This document shows, in pieces, positions 37,801 to 51,060 of a DNA stretch of 64,000 nt. Both the position numbers and the translations under genes were made by a program. This DNA is from Hemiscyllium ocellatum (lineage: Eukaryota), in contig NC_083428.1 of assembly GCF_020745735.1 (NCBI RefSeq), positions 39,928,001 to 39,992,000 on the forward strand. The letters are read 5' to 3'. How positions within the stretch are numbered: position 1 is the first letter of the stretch; each line of letters starts with the position of its first letter. Under the pieces are notes generated by a model. That model was not told the origin of the DNA and made no database searches. It was given only the letters and a program-made list of their open reading frames with translations.

Positions 37801-39291
37801 AGTGTTTAATGTATGTATATAATTACTGCAAATCTAACATTGGAATAGTGCTAAGAATAACTTTTGATTGAAAAGGAAAATAGCTCTTTCTGACACCTTT
37901 TCACTATTTATTTGAGAGGAAGTGTGATAAACGTATAAAATAAATCATTACCGTCTTTGAAATTCAGATTTTTAAAAAAGAAATAGAGGCAGATGGATTT
38001 CAGTTAGTTAGATGAAACTATTTGCTTTTAAATGAGAAAGTCATTTGAAGCAGTAGAGCAAGCACATCTATTCAAGAAAGCAAATGGGAGGATTCTGGGT
38101 AATCCAAGATGGAGGACGGGAAAACTTTCTGGCTGTAACAGCTGCTCCTCTTTTGAGGTATTTTAGGTGTTGGAGGTGATTTCCTCAAATTCCAGGAGCA
38201 GCAATTACATATTGCTGTTTCATATGCTGTTGCGTTGTTTTGGAACTTTTGAGAAAAAAAAGGTCAAAATAACAGCAGTTTTAAAAAGGGAGGGGTACAG
38301 ACAAAGGAAGCACATGGTGACATCAGTGCAGGAGAGAGACAGAAAGAAAGAAAGAACCTGACATCACAGTGAACCTGCCCAGTTACTGCCTTTGCTGTTT
38401 GACTTCATTTTTCACGCAAGGGTGGTACGTGTATGGAATGTGCTGCCAGAGGAAGTGGTGGAGGCTAGTCGAATTGCACCATTTAAAAGGCATTTGGATG
38501 GGTATATGAATAGGAAGGGTTTAGAAGGATATGGGCTAAGTGCTGGCAGGTGGGACTAGATTGGGTAGGGATATCTGGTCAGCATGGATGGGTTGGACCG
38601 AAGGGTCTGTTTCTGTGCTGTACATCTCTATGACTCTATGATTGGTGTCAAATAGGAAAGACGTGTAGTGTTAATGAAAGAAAAATACTGTTGAGTGTAT
38701 GACAGAGTAAACATATGAAGGCTATTAGTTTGATTTTGACTTCAGGACAGTAAGTTCAAAGTCTAAGATTAGAAGAACTGCTTCAGTTCAGTTCAGAAAG
38801 GAGAAAGGTTTCACCAAGCAATATAATCAAGTTTTATTTCAGGGCAACCAGTCACCGTAACCAAAGTGTTTTAGTCTGTGGTGTTTCCAAACTGTCAGAG
38901 TTTGGATAGAAATCTTCTTAATATTGAACTGAAAAGTGTAGGCCATCAGGATGATGAATATTTTGTATTAGCAGACATGAAAGGAATCATAAATTTATTC
39001 CCACAATCCAAGGGAAAGAAACTGGTAAGAATCAATTAAGTAAAAATGAAATGACAGGGATAGGTAACACATTGAACATGCTTTGCTGTTTATGTTAGAT
39101 GTTTCTAACCACTTTTATTGTGCAAACAACTTATGTTTTATTGTTAAAAAATATCTGCAGCCTCATGTCCACATGGTTCAGTGATTAACCACTATTGTAA
39201 CTAACTGCAAATAATAAACATTTATTGATCAAGTCAGGTTTGCTTCTGCGTTCTTAACGGTCCAGCATTACTATTGTGTAGGATCATAATA
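34850..39291 (+). mobile_element. Old Gypsy LTR retrotransposon (partial 5' LTR ending 35270; 3' LTR about 37754-39291)
   Basis: Integrase zinc finger HLGIRKT...HFYW...FCQTCH (36115-36339); gag-like ELAPEAY near 35700; direct repeat GAATCATAAA..CCAC.ATCCAAGGGAAAGA.ACTGG at 34920 and 38985; purine tract before TGCTATGATC. Confidence 0.6.
38410..38640 (+). mobile_element. CR1 3' fragment inserted in the LTR
   Basis: Near-identical to the reverse complement of 57800-58030. Confidence 0.8.
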
Positions 39292-39379
39292 TGTAAACAG
39301 GAACTCAAATACCCCAAACTGCTTTTTCTTAACTCCACACATTCTTGGACAGTTCTTTGACAGGTTTAACTCCCATTTC

Positions 39380-40885
39380 ACTAATCATCATCCTAGTCAA
39401 GTGATGGTGTTGGTTGAAAAATGGAATCAAATGGCATTTGCTCAGTCATGAACTTGTCACTGATGATTGGTTTGAATTCAAGACAGCTATTATCCTCTTT
39501 ACACCCTTGGTTCAAAAGAGCTGAACTGATGAATCAAGGTGAGAGAGACTGCCTTGACTTCAAAATAGCTTTTGATAGTGTGTGGCACCTGGAGCCCTAG
39601 CAAAACTAGGATCAATGAGAATCAGGGAAAACTGGAATCACTGAGCATCAGGGGAAACCTCTCCATTGGTTGGTGTCATATCAGTCATCATAGCCAAACT
39701 GTTTTAGCTTGTGGTGCTTCCAAATCATCAGGGATTGAAAAGAAATCTTCAAGCGAATAGAACTTAGCAACGGAAGATGGATTCAGCTCAATCATCTCAG
39801 TTCTAGGACATCTCTGCAAGAGTTCCTTAGGATAATGTGCAATGTTCAATCATCTTTAGCTGCTTCGTACTGATCTTCCCTCCATCACCAGGTCAGATGT
39901 GGGGATGTCTACTGATGATTGCACCTTGCATGCTTCCTCAGATATTGAAGCAGTTCCTGTCCATATTCAGCAAGAGCTGAGTAGCATCCATGCTTCGGTT
40001 GATAAATAACAAAAGCAACAATTACTGGAGAAACTTAACAGTTCTGGCAGTATCTGTGGGAAGAAAGCAGAGTTAAAGTTTCTAGTCCAGACCACTGAGT
40101 TTCTGCTTTTGTTTCAGATTGGGCAGCATGGTGGTTCAGTGGTTAGCACTGCTGCCTCACAGCACCAGGGTCCCAGGTTCGATTCCAGCCTCGGGCAACT
40201 GTCTGTGTGGAGTTTGCACATTCTCCCAGTGTCTGCGTGGGTTTCCTCCAGGTGCTCTGGTTTCCTCCCACAGTCCAAAGATGTGCAGGTTAGGTGAATT
40301 GGCCATGCTAAATTGCCCATAGTGTTAGGGTGGGTTACTCTTTGAAGGGTCGGTGAGCTCTTGTTGGGCCGAAGGGCCTGTTTCCACGCTGTAGGGAATC
40401 TAACCTAATCTAATCTCCAGCATCTGCAGTTCTTTTTATTACTTGATAAACAGTGAATAACATTTGTGTCAATGAGACACAAGTGTCATGCCATGATCAT
40501 CCATACTTTCTTGGATTTACCAGCTCTAACACACTTAAGACATTTGACACTATCCAGGTCAAAGTGGCAAATCACCTAGCACCTTCAACATTCATTCCCT
40601 TCAGCACTGACTCATCAGGGGTTCTGCAACAGTTTTCAACTTCTAAACCTGCATCTTCTACTACTTGGAAGGATGAACACTGCATTGGGATGGGTACATT
40701 ACTGCCTGCAAGTTCCCCTCCAAGTCACTCACCATCCTGACTTAGAACTCTCTGTTCCTTCACTGACAAACCAAGGACTGGAGAAGTTCAAGAAGGCAGC
40801 TCATCACCACCTTCTCCAGGGGAGTTATGGTTGGGCAACAAATGCAGTCAGTGGCATTCACTCTCCATGAACAAAGAAAACAATG
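39380..40885 (+). mobile_element. CR1/L2-group LINE RT and 3' tail, interrupted by a Penelope-end fragment (about 40012-40440) that itself contains a SINE
   Basis: GATGATTGCA RT core; 3' tail GGCAGCTCATCACCACCTTCTC...GGGCAACAAATGC shared with Deu SINE tails. Confidence 0.7.
40121..40415 (+). mobile_element. HE1-type SINE
   Basis: Full-length family copy with a (CTAAT)n tail. Confidence 0.85.
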
Positions 40886-43800
40886 AGACACAAACCTGCC
40901 TACTTTACACACCCTAAAGAGTGCTTCACCTCCACAAAATGGTGCTTCAAGTCTTCCAAGAGGTGCCTTGCCTTTCAAGGACAACTTACCTCCTCCAAAG
41001 ATGCCCTGGAATCAGTTTGAAGGGTATGCCCACTTCTCCCAAAGAAAAACTTGATTGTCCAAGAGAATTACATTGAGAATAGGTCAGTACATGCCTGATA
41101 TAATTTCCACACTCTGGATTCCACCATCCAGGATCTCCAAAATCCAATTTCATTGGAGATAGGTGATTATTTGAAAGGCAGCTGTTTTGAAGAAATGCAC
41201 ACACACAAGCTCAGGATCAACCCCAAATCTGCTCCTGCGAAATTCTGAGTTTACATGTGGAATTCGGGATTCCGACTTCTGGCACTTTAGCAAAGTGACT
41301 CTTAAAATCCCACAAACATCTTGCTTAGCTGTTAATGCAAGGCCTTCTGCACACTATTAACTACTTTGTCTCTCTCTCTCTCTCCCTCTCTCTCTAGTAG
41401 TACTTTTTTTCTCTCATTCTGTCTCACAACAGCCATCCCTTTCTTTAAAATTTTTGTAAAGGTATGAAAACTTAAGGTCACGTTCAGAATGTTTCCGTTC
41501 AGGTTTCACCTCCCAAAAAGAAACCAGATTCTGTGAGTCTGACTCTGAGCTGAATGGGGTGATTCTGGAGTTCTCTTTCACATCGTGGGTGAAAGAGGGA
41601 CATTGTTAAATATGACCCTCTTGTAAACAACTAACATGGCAAAAATTACTCAGGCCCTCCACTGCATTGGTTAAAATATTCCTTGGAATGGTGTGCGATA
41701 GTTACTTAAAGAAACATGTCAAAAGGAACAGAAAGCAAGATATATTTGCATAATATTTATGTCAAGGGTTTGAGTGTATTCTGAACAGTCCTCCTCCGTA
41801 AAATAATGGAATCCAATTCCTGCTGAGACCCCTGGTGTTTGTCAGTGGCCCACCATTTTGGCCAGCATTGAAATGCTGAAAAATGCTTAGACAATAATAC
41901 CACCGTAATGAAGTTTAAGTTAAACACAATTAGCTTCAGTATGTACATGAGGTTCAATTAACTCGGTGTCTTGATTCTAGTAAAATAATACTACCAGGTA
42001 TTAGACTGCATCAAGAGGTAACAACTATATTTAACAGTATTAATAGTCAAATATTATTTGATAGCAAGTTAGCACGAGAGTCAGGTAGCTAGTAAATTAA
42101 AACATCTTTTACGATTTTAAACGTGCCCTTTCCCTGCTGAGCAAGTTGTAGCGAGATATTCCTCCAAGCCCAAAACGGTCCAGCATAAATGAGGATACTT
42201 ATCTTTCTAGTCTAACAAGCAAACTTTGAGAGAGCAATATGAAGTTTATTGCATTGTTGCAACTATTTACAGACTAAATGACTATGAAAAACACTACTAA
42301 AGAGGCTGTTAGTTGCCCCAGGTCCATCTCTCACTAGTTCATTCTTTCCTTAGGCCAAGTCCTTGTGACATCATCACAGGGGTTCTGCTTACTGCACTCA
42401 ATCAAATATAATTCTTTCAAATCCATGTAGACCTGTACCCTGCTCTCCACCACCACTCCTCCCCCACCCCCGCAAACTCCAATCTTTTTCCTCACACACT
42501 ATTAATATACAGGCAAATGTATATTATCGAACATGACCTAATCTCCTCTCAAAGGTCTAATTTTACAAATTGGATGAGCTGGAGGTTTGACCATTCTCCC
42601 CAAACATCATCTGTTCAGACTTGGGAGGATGATAATTTGCTGTGTAGAAGGCAGTTAACTTGAACTGTGTTCTTGATAGCCCAAAATCTGTACTTCTGTC
42701 TTGAAATGCAGGGTCTTTAACTTCTTGTGTTTCTTTTCCAGAAGGCTTTAGTTCTGGATGTTTATTCTTGATAGCTGTCAGTGTAGCATCTGTCATAATG
42801 GGTGATTTTTTTCCTTTGGAGTATCTTGGATATTTTCATATTGTTTCTCTCTTCCTTGTGATACTTCCTGTCGATTGAATGTTTCACATTTCAGTCAGTA
42901 GAATTTGGTTCGCATTCCACCTGTAAATTTGTGCGGACGTTGGTTGACTTATTACTTCAACTTCTTGAATATTTTGGGCCTTCTCTTTTCTTGTCAGTGA
43001 TTGAATTATTGGTGAAAGTAAGTGGTTGGTTCCTCAACTTTTTTTTAAAACTGGAAATTTGCTCTGGCTGCACATGATACCCATTGTTGTTTTGGGAAGT
43101 AATTCTGAAAGGTGCAGAAGTTGGACATTTCACTTGCTCTTGCCCCTCTTAGTCACCTCAGCCTCTAATGGCAGCACTGAATTTGGAGTTGAAAGCTGTT
43201 CACTGTGGCAATCTGACTCAATTGTATTTCAAGTCCTCCATCGTCTGTCTATATGTATTCTCGAGTGCTATAGATGGTTTAATTGTTGCTGCCTACTTAA
43301 ACTTCTTGAGCAATATTGTCATTTGGAATCTGAACTTTATTCAGTTTTGATTACAGTGGAAAACAAATCAGTCAAAGCACAATAGTCACATCTTTATTTG
43401 TGGCATAAAACAAGTGTCTTTCCAATGTAAGTAACCTCAGGAGATTCTGCTTTTTGTTTAGGTTTCACCATGAGCTTATGGAGCCCAGCAAAATTTTATA
43501 CTGGCTTTTCCTTCAACTTCTAGCATTTGGTCTCCCCTATTTTGAAGTGCTTGCTTTAACATTCGTACATTATCCCAGAAGTGTTTAAATTCTACTGGGT
43601 GCAAGCAGTGTCTTATCAACCAATGCTGACTGTCTGATAATACTGTGACACTTGTTACCCTATCTAACTTCAGATTTCTGAGATGCCCATATACCAGAAC
43701 GTTTAATGTGGGTCACTGCGTCCAATCTGGAAAACCTTGAGCTTATCTTCCACAGAAAATATATATATCATTTTATGTGGGGTGTTCTTTTGCTTTTCTG

Positions 43801-44019
43801 TAGTTATATCTTGCTTTGGCACACTTCCTGAAAGTGACGTACTTTCTTACAGTAAAGGCATTTGGTTCTTAAAAGCTGGGGACTGTGCAGAATGGCAATT
43901 CACATTCTATTCAAGCAATTATCTGACAGACTTTATTCATATAATCATACTGACAAACAGTAGAGTATTTGGCACCATCATCTAGATATGTCCTGTCTCA
44001 CTGGTGGTCAGATTGACCA

Positions 44020-44240
44020 GAGGTGATAGCACTGTAGTACACAGGTGGGAGGTGGTGTCATGGGAGTTCTCAATATTGATTCTGGACCTCATGAAGTCTC
44101 AATCTCAAGTCAAACATGGATAGTAAAACCTCTCATCACTATTGTCTCCCTGCCTCTTTTGACATCTGGTCAAATGATGAATCTGTACACTACCATTGTG
44201 AACAGCACCTGGAAGAAGTACTGAATCTGGGGACTCTACT
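44020..44240 (+). mobile_element. LINE endonuclease fragment (family of 49205-50507)
   Basis: TCAATATTGATTCTGGACCTCATGAAGTCTC...GATGAATCTGTAC matches 49790-49920. Confidence 0.55.
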
Positions 44241-44499
44241 GTCTATCACCAAGAATGGCTCATTAGCACCACTACTAACTGAACTGGTTGACTCTAAGAA
44301 CATATCTGCAACACAAGATTTATGGCATCCAGCAAGGGAAGCAATAATAAAGAAAAACCTGTTCAGTTTATTCTATGCCAAATGCTTAACATAACATGGC
44401 AACTGGTATAGAGCTAATAAAGATATATAAAAGTATAAGTAAATGTATAATTAACATAATTAAGTAGTTAATTGGAACACATTAAGGCTGGCAGAATGG

Positions 44500-46080
44500 G
44501 TGATGAGTCACAGCTTTAGTAGATGAAAGGTCCTGGATGGCAGTTTGGATCAGAGCAAACACATCAGCAAGTGTTCAAGGTTTGTGCATTTTCGGTTCAA
44601 AGTTTGAACTGAGGAAGTTTGAACTACAGACATTGCAATGCATCAAGGAGGGAGAAAGTTACTTCCATTCTTTGTACCAGGAGGCAGGTGCACCTGTTTT
44701 TGGGATTAGGTCATCTGATTTGGTCAGTGTACAAGGACAGAAGAGTGTAACTGCAAATGAAGCTAATAAGGGGATACAGGAATCAGAAGTGCAGGAGCTT
44801 TAGACTTTACAATTGCTTAACTGACCATTCCTACATAGTACAGGAGGTCATTCAAGTGGTGATAGTATTGTGAAAGGGATTCACACTGCTCTCTGAAACA
44901 AAGAGCAGGAGTCCAAATGGCTGTGTTGCCTACATGGTGGTAAAGTTCAGGAAATCTGGTTAGTGATGAAGAATAACTTGTAATGGGAGGAGAGGATCCA
45001 GTCATCATGGTCCATGGAAGTACAAGAAGCATTGGCATGGCAAGAGAGGTGGTTCTGCACATTATGAACAATAAGGTGCTAACTTAAGAAGAAACTCAAA
45101 GGCTATAATCACTGGATTTTACCTGAGACAACTGGCATAGGGCAAATCAGGCTAGACAAAGACAGCTCAAAAGACTGTTTTGGGAAAATGGTTTCTGCTT
45201 CATGAGGCACCGTCACCATGGTGTAAGGAGAAACATATTGGCATAGATACAATGTTGGCTGGCTACCAGGAAGCAGACAGTAGGCAGAAATAGGTCTTTT
45301 TCAGGTTAGCAAGGAATAATGGGAGTGTATCTCAAACTGTAACAACTTATGATTTGGAGATGCCGGTGTTGGACTGGGGTGTACAAAGTTAAAAAATCAC
45401 AACACCAGCACACTAGTGTGCTTCCAATTAAACTTGTTGGACTATAACCTGGTGTTGTGAGATTTTTAACTTTGTAACAACTTAGGTTATGACTTGCATG
45501 AAGAGACGGAAAAATGTTTGTCAAATTAACTGATGATAGTTTTTTTTTAAACCCCTCTTGGCAGGAAACTATCTAAATGGTAAGGGATTGTAGAACTCTG
45601 AGAATGCATAGGGATCTAGGTATCCTAGTGTATCGTCCTCAAGAATCACAAGTACAGCAACTAATTAGGAAAATTAATAGAATGTGACTATTTATTACAA
45701 GAGCAACTGAATACAAAAATAACTGGTTATGCTTCAGTTATATAGATCACTGGTGACATCACATTGACATTACTGTGAACAGAATTGTTCCCCTAAGTTA
45801 AGGAAGAATGCTGAACTGCTGCCAACATATTTACAAAGGTATATCAGACTAATATTTTGGAGTAAGGCTGGATAGGTTAGGTTTGTATCTGCTGGTGTTC
45901 AGAAGCGTAAAACAGGTAACTCGATTGAAAACAACATTGAGAGGTCTTGACAGAATAGATCTGGAAAGCGAGTTTATAGATTTTGACCCAGCAACAGTAA
46001 ACGAATTATGTGTTTCCAAAATCAAAACAGCTAGTGGTTTGGGGGAGAACTTACTGGTGGAGTTCCCATTCATCTGCTGC
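44500..46080 (+). mobile_element. Degraded CR1 (ORF1 esterase and RT remnants)
   Basis: GGTGATAGTATTGTGAAAGGG...GTGTTGCCTAC ORF1 motif; RT 3' remnant. Confidence 0.55.
45350..45472. mobile_element. 123-bp collapsed palindromic Penelope-type end element, 12-bp TSD
   Basis: TGTAACAACTTA at 45338-45349 and 45473-45484; about 27-bp inverted arms; central perfect palindrome GCACACTAGTGTGC. Confidence 0.7.
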
Positions 46081-46084
46081 CAAC

Positions 46085-47570
46085 AAGAAACAAAGGAAAT
46101 TACAGCACAGGAACAGGCACTTTGGCCCTCCTAGCCTGCACCAATCCAGATCCTCTATCTAAACCTGTTGCGTATTTTCTAAGGATCTGTATCCTTCTGC
46201 TCCCTGCCATTCATATATCGGTCTAGATACATCTTAAATGACGCTATTGTGGCCGCCTCTACCACCTCCACTGGCAATGTGTTCCAGACACCCACCACTC
46301 TCTGCGTAAAGAACTTTTCACGCATATCTGCCCTAAACATTTTCCCTCTCACCTTGAACTCATGACTCCGTGTAATTGAGTCCCCCACTCTGGGGAAAAA
46401 ACTTGTTGGTATCCACCCTGTATTTTGTAGACTTCAATCAGGTCTCCCCGCAACCTCCATCTTTCTAATGAAATTAATCCTAATCTAATCTACTCAACCT
46501 CTCTAAATAGCTAGCGCCCTCCATAGCAGGCAACACTCTGGTGAACCTCCTCTGCATCCTCTCCAAAGCATCCACATCCTTTTGGTAATGTGGCGACTGA
46601 ACTGTATGCAGTATTCCAAAACCAACTGTAATATGACCAGCCAACTCTTGTACACAAGACCCTGTCCGATGAAGGAAAGGATGTCACATGCCTTCTTGAA
46701 CACTCTATTGATCCATGTTGCCACCTTCAGGGTACAATGAACCTGAAGACCCAGATCTCTCTGTACATAAATTTTCCCTGGGCCTTTCCATTTAATGTAT
46801 AGTTCGCTCTTAATTGGATCTTCCAAAATGCATCAACTTGCAATTGCCAGGATTGAACTCCATCTGCCATTTCTCTGCCCAACTCTCCAATCTATTTATA
46901 TTCTGCTGCATTCTCTGACAATTCCCTTCACTATCTGTTACTCCACAAATCTTAGTGTCATCTACAAACTTGTTAATCAGATCACCTATACTTTCCTCTA
47001 GTTCATTTATGTATATCAAAAATACCAATCGTTCCAACATGGATCCCTATGGAACACCACTGGTCACAGTTCTCCAGTTTGGGAAACTCCCTTTCACTAC
47101 TACTATGTCTGCTGCTGCCTAGCCATTTATCCATCTAGCTAGTACACCCTGAACCCCATGCAACTTCACTTACTCCATCAGCCTACCATGGGGAACCTTA
47201 TCAAACAGCTTACTGAAGTCCATATATATTACATCTACAGCCCTTCCCTCATCAATCAACTTTGTCACTTCCTCAAAGAATTCTATTAAGTTGATAAGAC
47301 ATGATCTTCCCTGCACAAAACCATGTTGCCTATCGCTGATAAGCCCATTTTCTTCCAAATGTAAATAGATCCTATCCCTCAGTTCTTCTCCAGCAGATTC
47401 CCTACCACTGACATCAGGCTAACTGATCAATAATTACCTGGATTATCACTGCTACCCTTCTTAAACAAGGAGACATTAGCAGTCCTCCGGGACTTCACCC
47501 ATGTTCAAGGATGTTGCAAAGGTATCTTTTCACTTCCCACAGTATCCTGGGATAGATTCCATTGGACTTG
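46085..47570 (-). mobile_element. CR1 LINE RT and 3' end
   Basis: RQHGFVQGRSCLINLIEFFEEVTK...VDVIYMDFSK.FDKVPH; YINELEE...KFVDDTK. Confidence 0.85.
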
Positions 47571-47589
47571 TCCACCTTAATACCCTTTA

Positions 47590-50507
47590 GAGTACCCTTG
47601 TCCTTCCAGATGCTATTAGTTGTGACTTTAGAAGGTACAGTCAAAGGAACTTTGCTGAAATTCTACAATGTATCTTGTGCACACTGAGCATTGGTGAAGG
47701 GTGTAATGAACATTTGTGGATGTGGTAACAATCAAGCAGGCTGCTTTGTCCTGAATAGAGACCAAAAAAAACTACAGATGCTAGAATCCAAAGTAGACAG
47801 GCAGGAGGCTGGAAGAACACAGTAAGTCAGGCAGCATCAGGAGGTGTAGAAGTCGATGTTTCAGGTGTAAACCTTCTTCAAGACTGGGGGAGTGGGTGTG
47901 GGGGAGCTGCAGATAAAGGAGGCGGCAGAGGCAGGGTGATGAAGTGGGGATAGGTGAAGACAGGCAGAGGGTACGACCCGGTTGGTCAATGGAAGGAATG
48001 AATCCCGTTGGTGGCTGGGAGGGGCTGCGAAGGGAGTCGGGGGATGGGGAGGAAGGTTAGTTAGTTGAAACTGGAGAACTCAGTGTTGAGTCTTCCGGGT
48101 AAGCATCTTGATTGTTGATGGAGATGAATTCATCCAGGCAAGTGGAGAGCATGTGGCTTGTGCCTTGCAGATGGTGTATAGACTTTGGGCTGCAGCAGTT
48201 ACTTATATGACCTATATGGCTAGTCTAGTTCAATTTCTGGTCAATGGTAACTCCCAGGAGGTTGACAATGGGCGTTTCAGTGATGACAATGCATTGAAAG
48301 TCAAGGGGTGATAGTTAGATTCTGTCTTTTTGGATATGATCATTACTTGGGACTTGTGTGGCGCAAACATTACTTGCCAATTGTTAGCCCAAACCTGGGT
48401 ACTGTCCAGGTCTTACTGCATTTGGACATAGAGTGATTCAACATCAGAGGGGTCACAAATGGCACTGAACATTGTGCAATCAGCAGCAAATATCTCCTTT
48501 TCTGACCTTATGGTGGAGGGAAGACCTTTGGTGAAGCAGGTGAAGATATTTATGTCTCTAAGGAACTCTTGCAGATATTCTGGAACTGAGATGACTGAAC
48601 TACAATCACCAAACAATGGAGTGGTTTTCTCCTGATTCCCACTGACTTCAGCTTCGCTAAGGCTTCTTGGTACCGCATATAGTCAAATATGGTCTTGATG
48701 TTAAGGGCAGCCACACACGCTTTACCCCTGGAATTTAACTCTTTTGTCTATGTTTGTATTGAGGCCATGGTTAGGGTAGGAGTTGGCTAGCCCTGATTGG
48801 AACTCAAGTTGAGGTTTTTGTAAGCAAATGCTACCTCAATAGCTGTGTTGAAGACACATTTCATCACTTTACCGATTTTGAAGTGTAGACTGATGGGGTG
48901 ATAATTGATTGTGCTGAATCTATCCTGCATTTTTGAATACAGAATACCTGAACAATTTTGCAATTTGGTCAGGTAGATACCAGTTGTAGCTATACAGAAG
49001 CAACTTCGCCAGCGATGTGGCAGATTCTGGAATACGGGCCTTTAAGACAATTGCCAGGTCATTATGGCCTTTGCAGTTTCTAGTTTCACTGGCCGTGAAT
49101 CTAATTGGCTGAAGTCTGGCTTCTGTGATGCAGAGGACCCCCAAGGGAGGCAGGGATAGATCACCTACTCAGCATTTCTGGCTGAAGGTTGCTGAAAATT
49201 CTTATGGGGAGGTAATGGTATAACGGCATTGACACTAGACTAGTATTAGAGAGATCCAGCTAATGTTTTTGGATCCCAGGTTCAAATCCTGCCAAGGTAG
49301 ATGGTGGAATTTGAATTCAGTTAGAGGCTGAAATCGAAAGCCTAATGATGACCATGAAATCATAGTCGATTATTGTAAATAGCCATCTGATTTGCTAACG
49401 TACTTTAGGGAAGAAAACTCCCATCCTTACCTGATCTTGCCTACATGTTACTCCAAAGCCACAGCAATATGGATGACTATCCTTTGAAATGGCCAAGCAA
49501 GCTCAGTTTGAACAATCGCTGGAAAGGAAAAAGGAATTAAACCGGTGAACTACCCGGATTTAACTAAGGCAACAGATACAGCAATAACAAGATGACCTGT
49601 GGATCCTACCAAGTTTTCCTTACTAACTGTGTCAAAATTAGAAGAGTTCTCTCATAGATTGAGAGAGCCTGACACAGACACACTCATGGAATCATACCTT
49701 ACACACAATGTCCCAGATAACACCTTCACAATCCCTGTCCCACCAGCAAGACACAATCAGCAATAATGGTGGCACAGTAGTGTATAGCACTCAATATCGA
49801 ATCTGGACGCCAGACAGGCTCATGGCATCAGGTCAAATTGGGCAAAGGAAATCTTCTGATTATGATACCATTTCCTTCTTCAGCTGATGAATCAGTACTT
49901 CATCTTGAACAACACTTGGAGTAAGCACCAAAGATGGCAAGGTCACAAAACGCAGTCTGGGTGGGAACTTCAACATCCATCAGCAACATTACTGACCAAG
50001 CTGATTGAGTCCTAAAGAACGTTTCTGCTAATCTAAGCCTTCAACAGGTGATGAAGCAGCCAAGGAGAGGGGGAAACATACTTGACCTCATTCTCCCCAG
50101 TCAGCCTGCTGCAGATGAACATATCCATGACAATAAACAGTGACCACCTTCACACTGAGAATGCCCTCTATCATCATGTTGTGCTGACTATCACCACACT
50201 AAATGGGCTGATCTTTAATCTCATTTTGACTGGACACCCATGCAGTGCTGTGGGATGTCAGCAGCAGCCGATTTGTACTCCAACATAATCATGGCCCAGC
50301 ATATCCCTCACTCAATACTACCATACAGGACAACATAGCAGGACTAATACCAGGCAGATCTAAAAATTGTGTTATCCTGGTGAAGTTACAAAAAGACTAA
50401 TTGCATACCAAACAGCATGAGCGAGTGATAGAGCAAAATGACAGATGAGGTTGAGAACCTGCAGTCCTGCCACATCTAGTCATGAATAGTGGTGCACACA
50501 ATCAAAC
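47590..50507. mobile_element. CR1/L2-group LINE with inverted 5' half (SINE head + Deu domain + EN on +, 49205-50507; RT on -, 47590-49196)
   Basis: B box GGTTCAAATCC at 49279; Deu domain; EN remnant; minus-strand RT (LPSTIRSEKEIFAADCTMF). A Penelope fragment is inserted at 47761-48100. Confidence 0.65.
47761..48100 (-). mobile_element. Penelope-like 3' fragment (same family as 33895-34150)
   Basis: GGCAGGAGGCTGGAAGAACACAG..CAGGCAGCATCAGGAGGTG..GAAGTCGATGTTTCAGGTGTAAACCTTCTTCA followed by G-rich PLE body. Confidence 0.75.
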
Positions 50508-50554
50508 CTGGAAGGTTCTTCCCATTGAGTCTGTGCTAACTCTCAAATAAGAAT

Positions 50555-51060
50555 TCTGTTCTCCCTCCTATAGGAAGGATGTTGTGAAACTTGAAAGGGT
50601 TCAGAAAAGATTTACAAGGATGTTGCCAGGGTTGGAGGATTTGAGCTATAGAGAGAGGCTGAACAGGCTGGGGCTATTTTCCCTGGATCGTCAGAGGCTG
50701 AGGGGTGACTGTATAGAGGTTTTTAAGATCACGAGGGGCATGGGAAGGGTAAATAGACAAGGTCTTTTCCCTAGGGTAGGGGAGTCCAGAAGTAGAGGGC
50801 ATAGGTTTCGAGTGAGAGGGGAAAGATTTATCAGGGACCCAAGGGGCAATATTTTCACACAGAGGGTGGTGTGTGTATGGAATGAGCTGCTAGAGGAAAT
50901 GGAAGCTGGTACAATTACACTTAAAAAGGCATCTGGATGGATATATGAATAAGAAGGGTTTACAGAGATATGGGCAAAATGCTGGCAAATGGGACTATAT
51001 TAATTTCAGAAATCTTGTCAGCATGGACAAGTTGGATTGAAGGGTCTGTTTCCGTGCTCT
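50555..51060 (+). mobile_element. CR1 3' fragment
   Basis: KLERVQKRFTRMLPGLEDLSYRERLNRLGLFSL. Confidence 0.9.

Noticed and set aside
41744-41751. Isolated perfect octamers (41744, 33314, 54031, 58709)
   Set aside because: No leader or V follows any of them, and a few hits are expected by chance in 64 kb of AT-rich DNA.
42560-43400. Protein-like minus-strand stretch (MTDATLTAIKNKHPELK...)
   Set aside because: Stops in neighbouring frames, no recognisable domain and no convincing splice sites.
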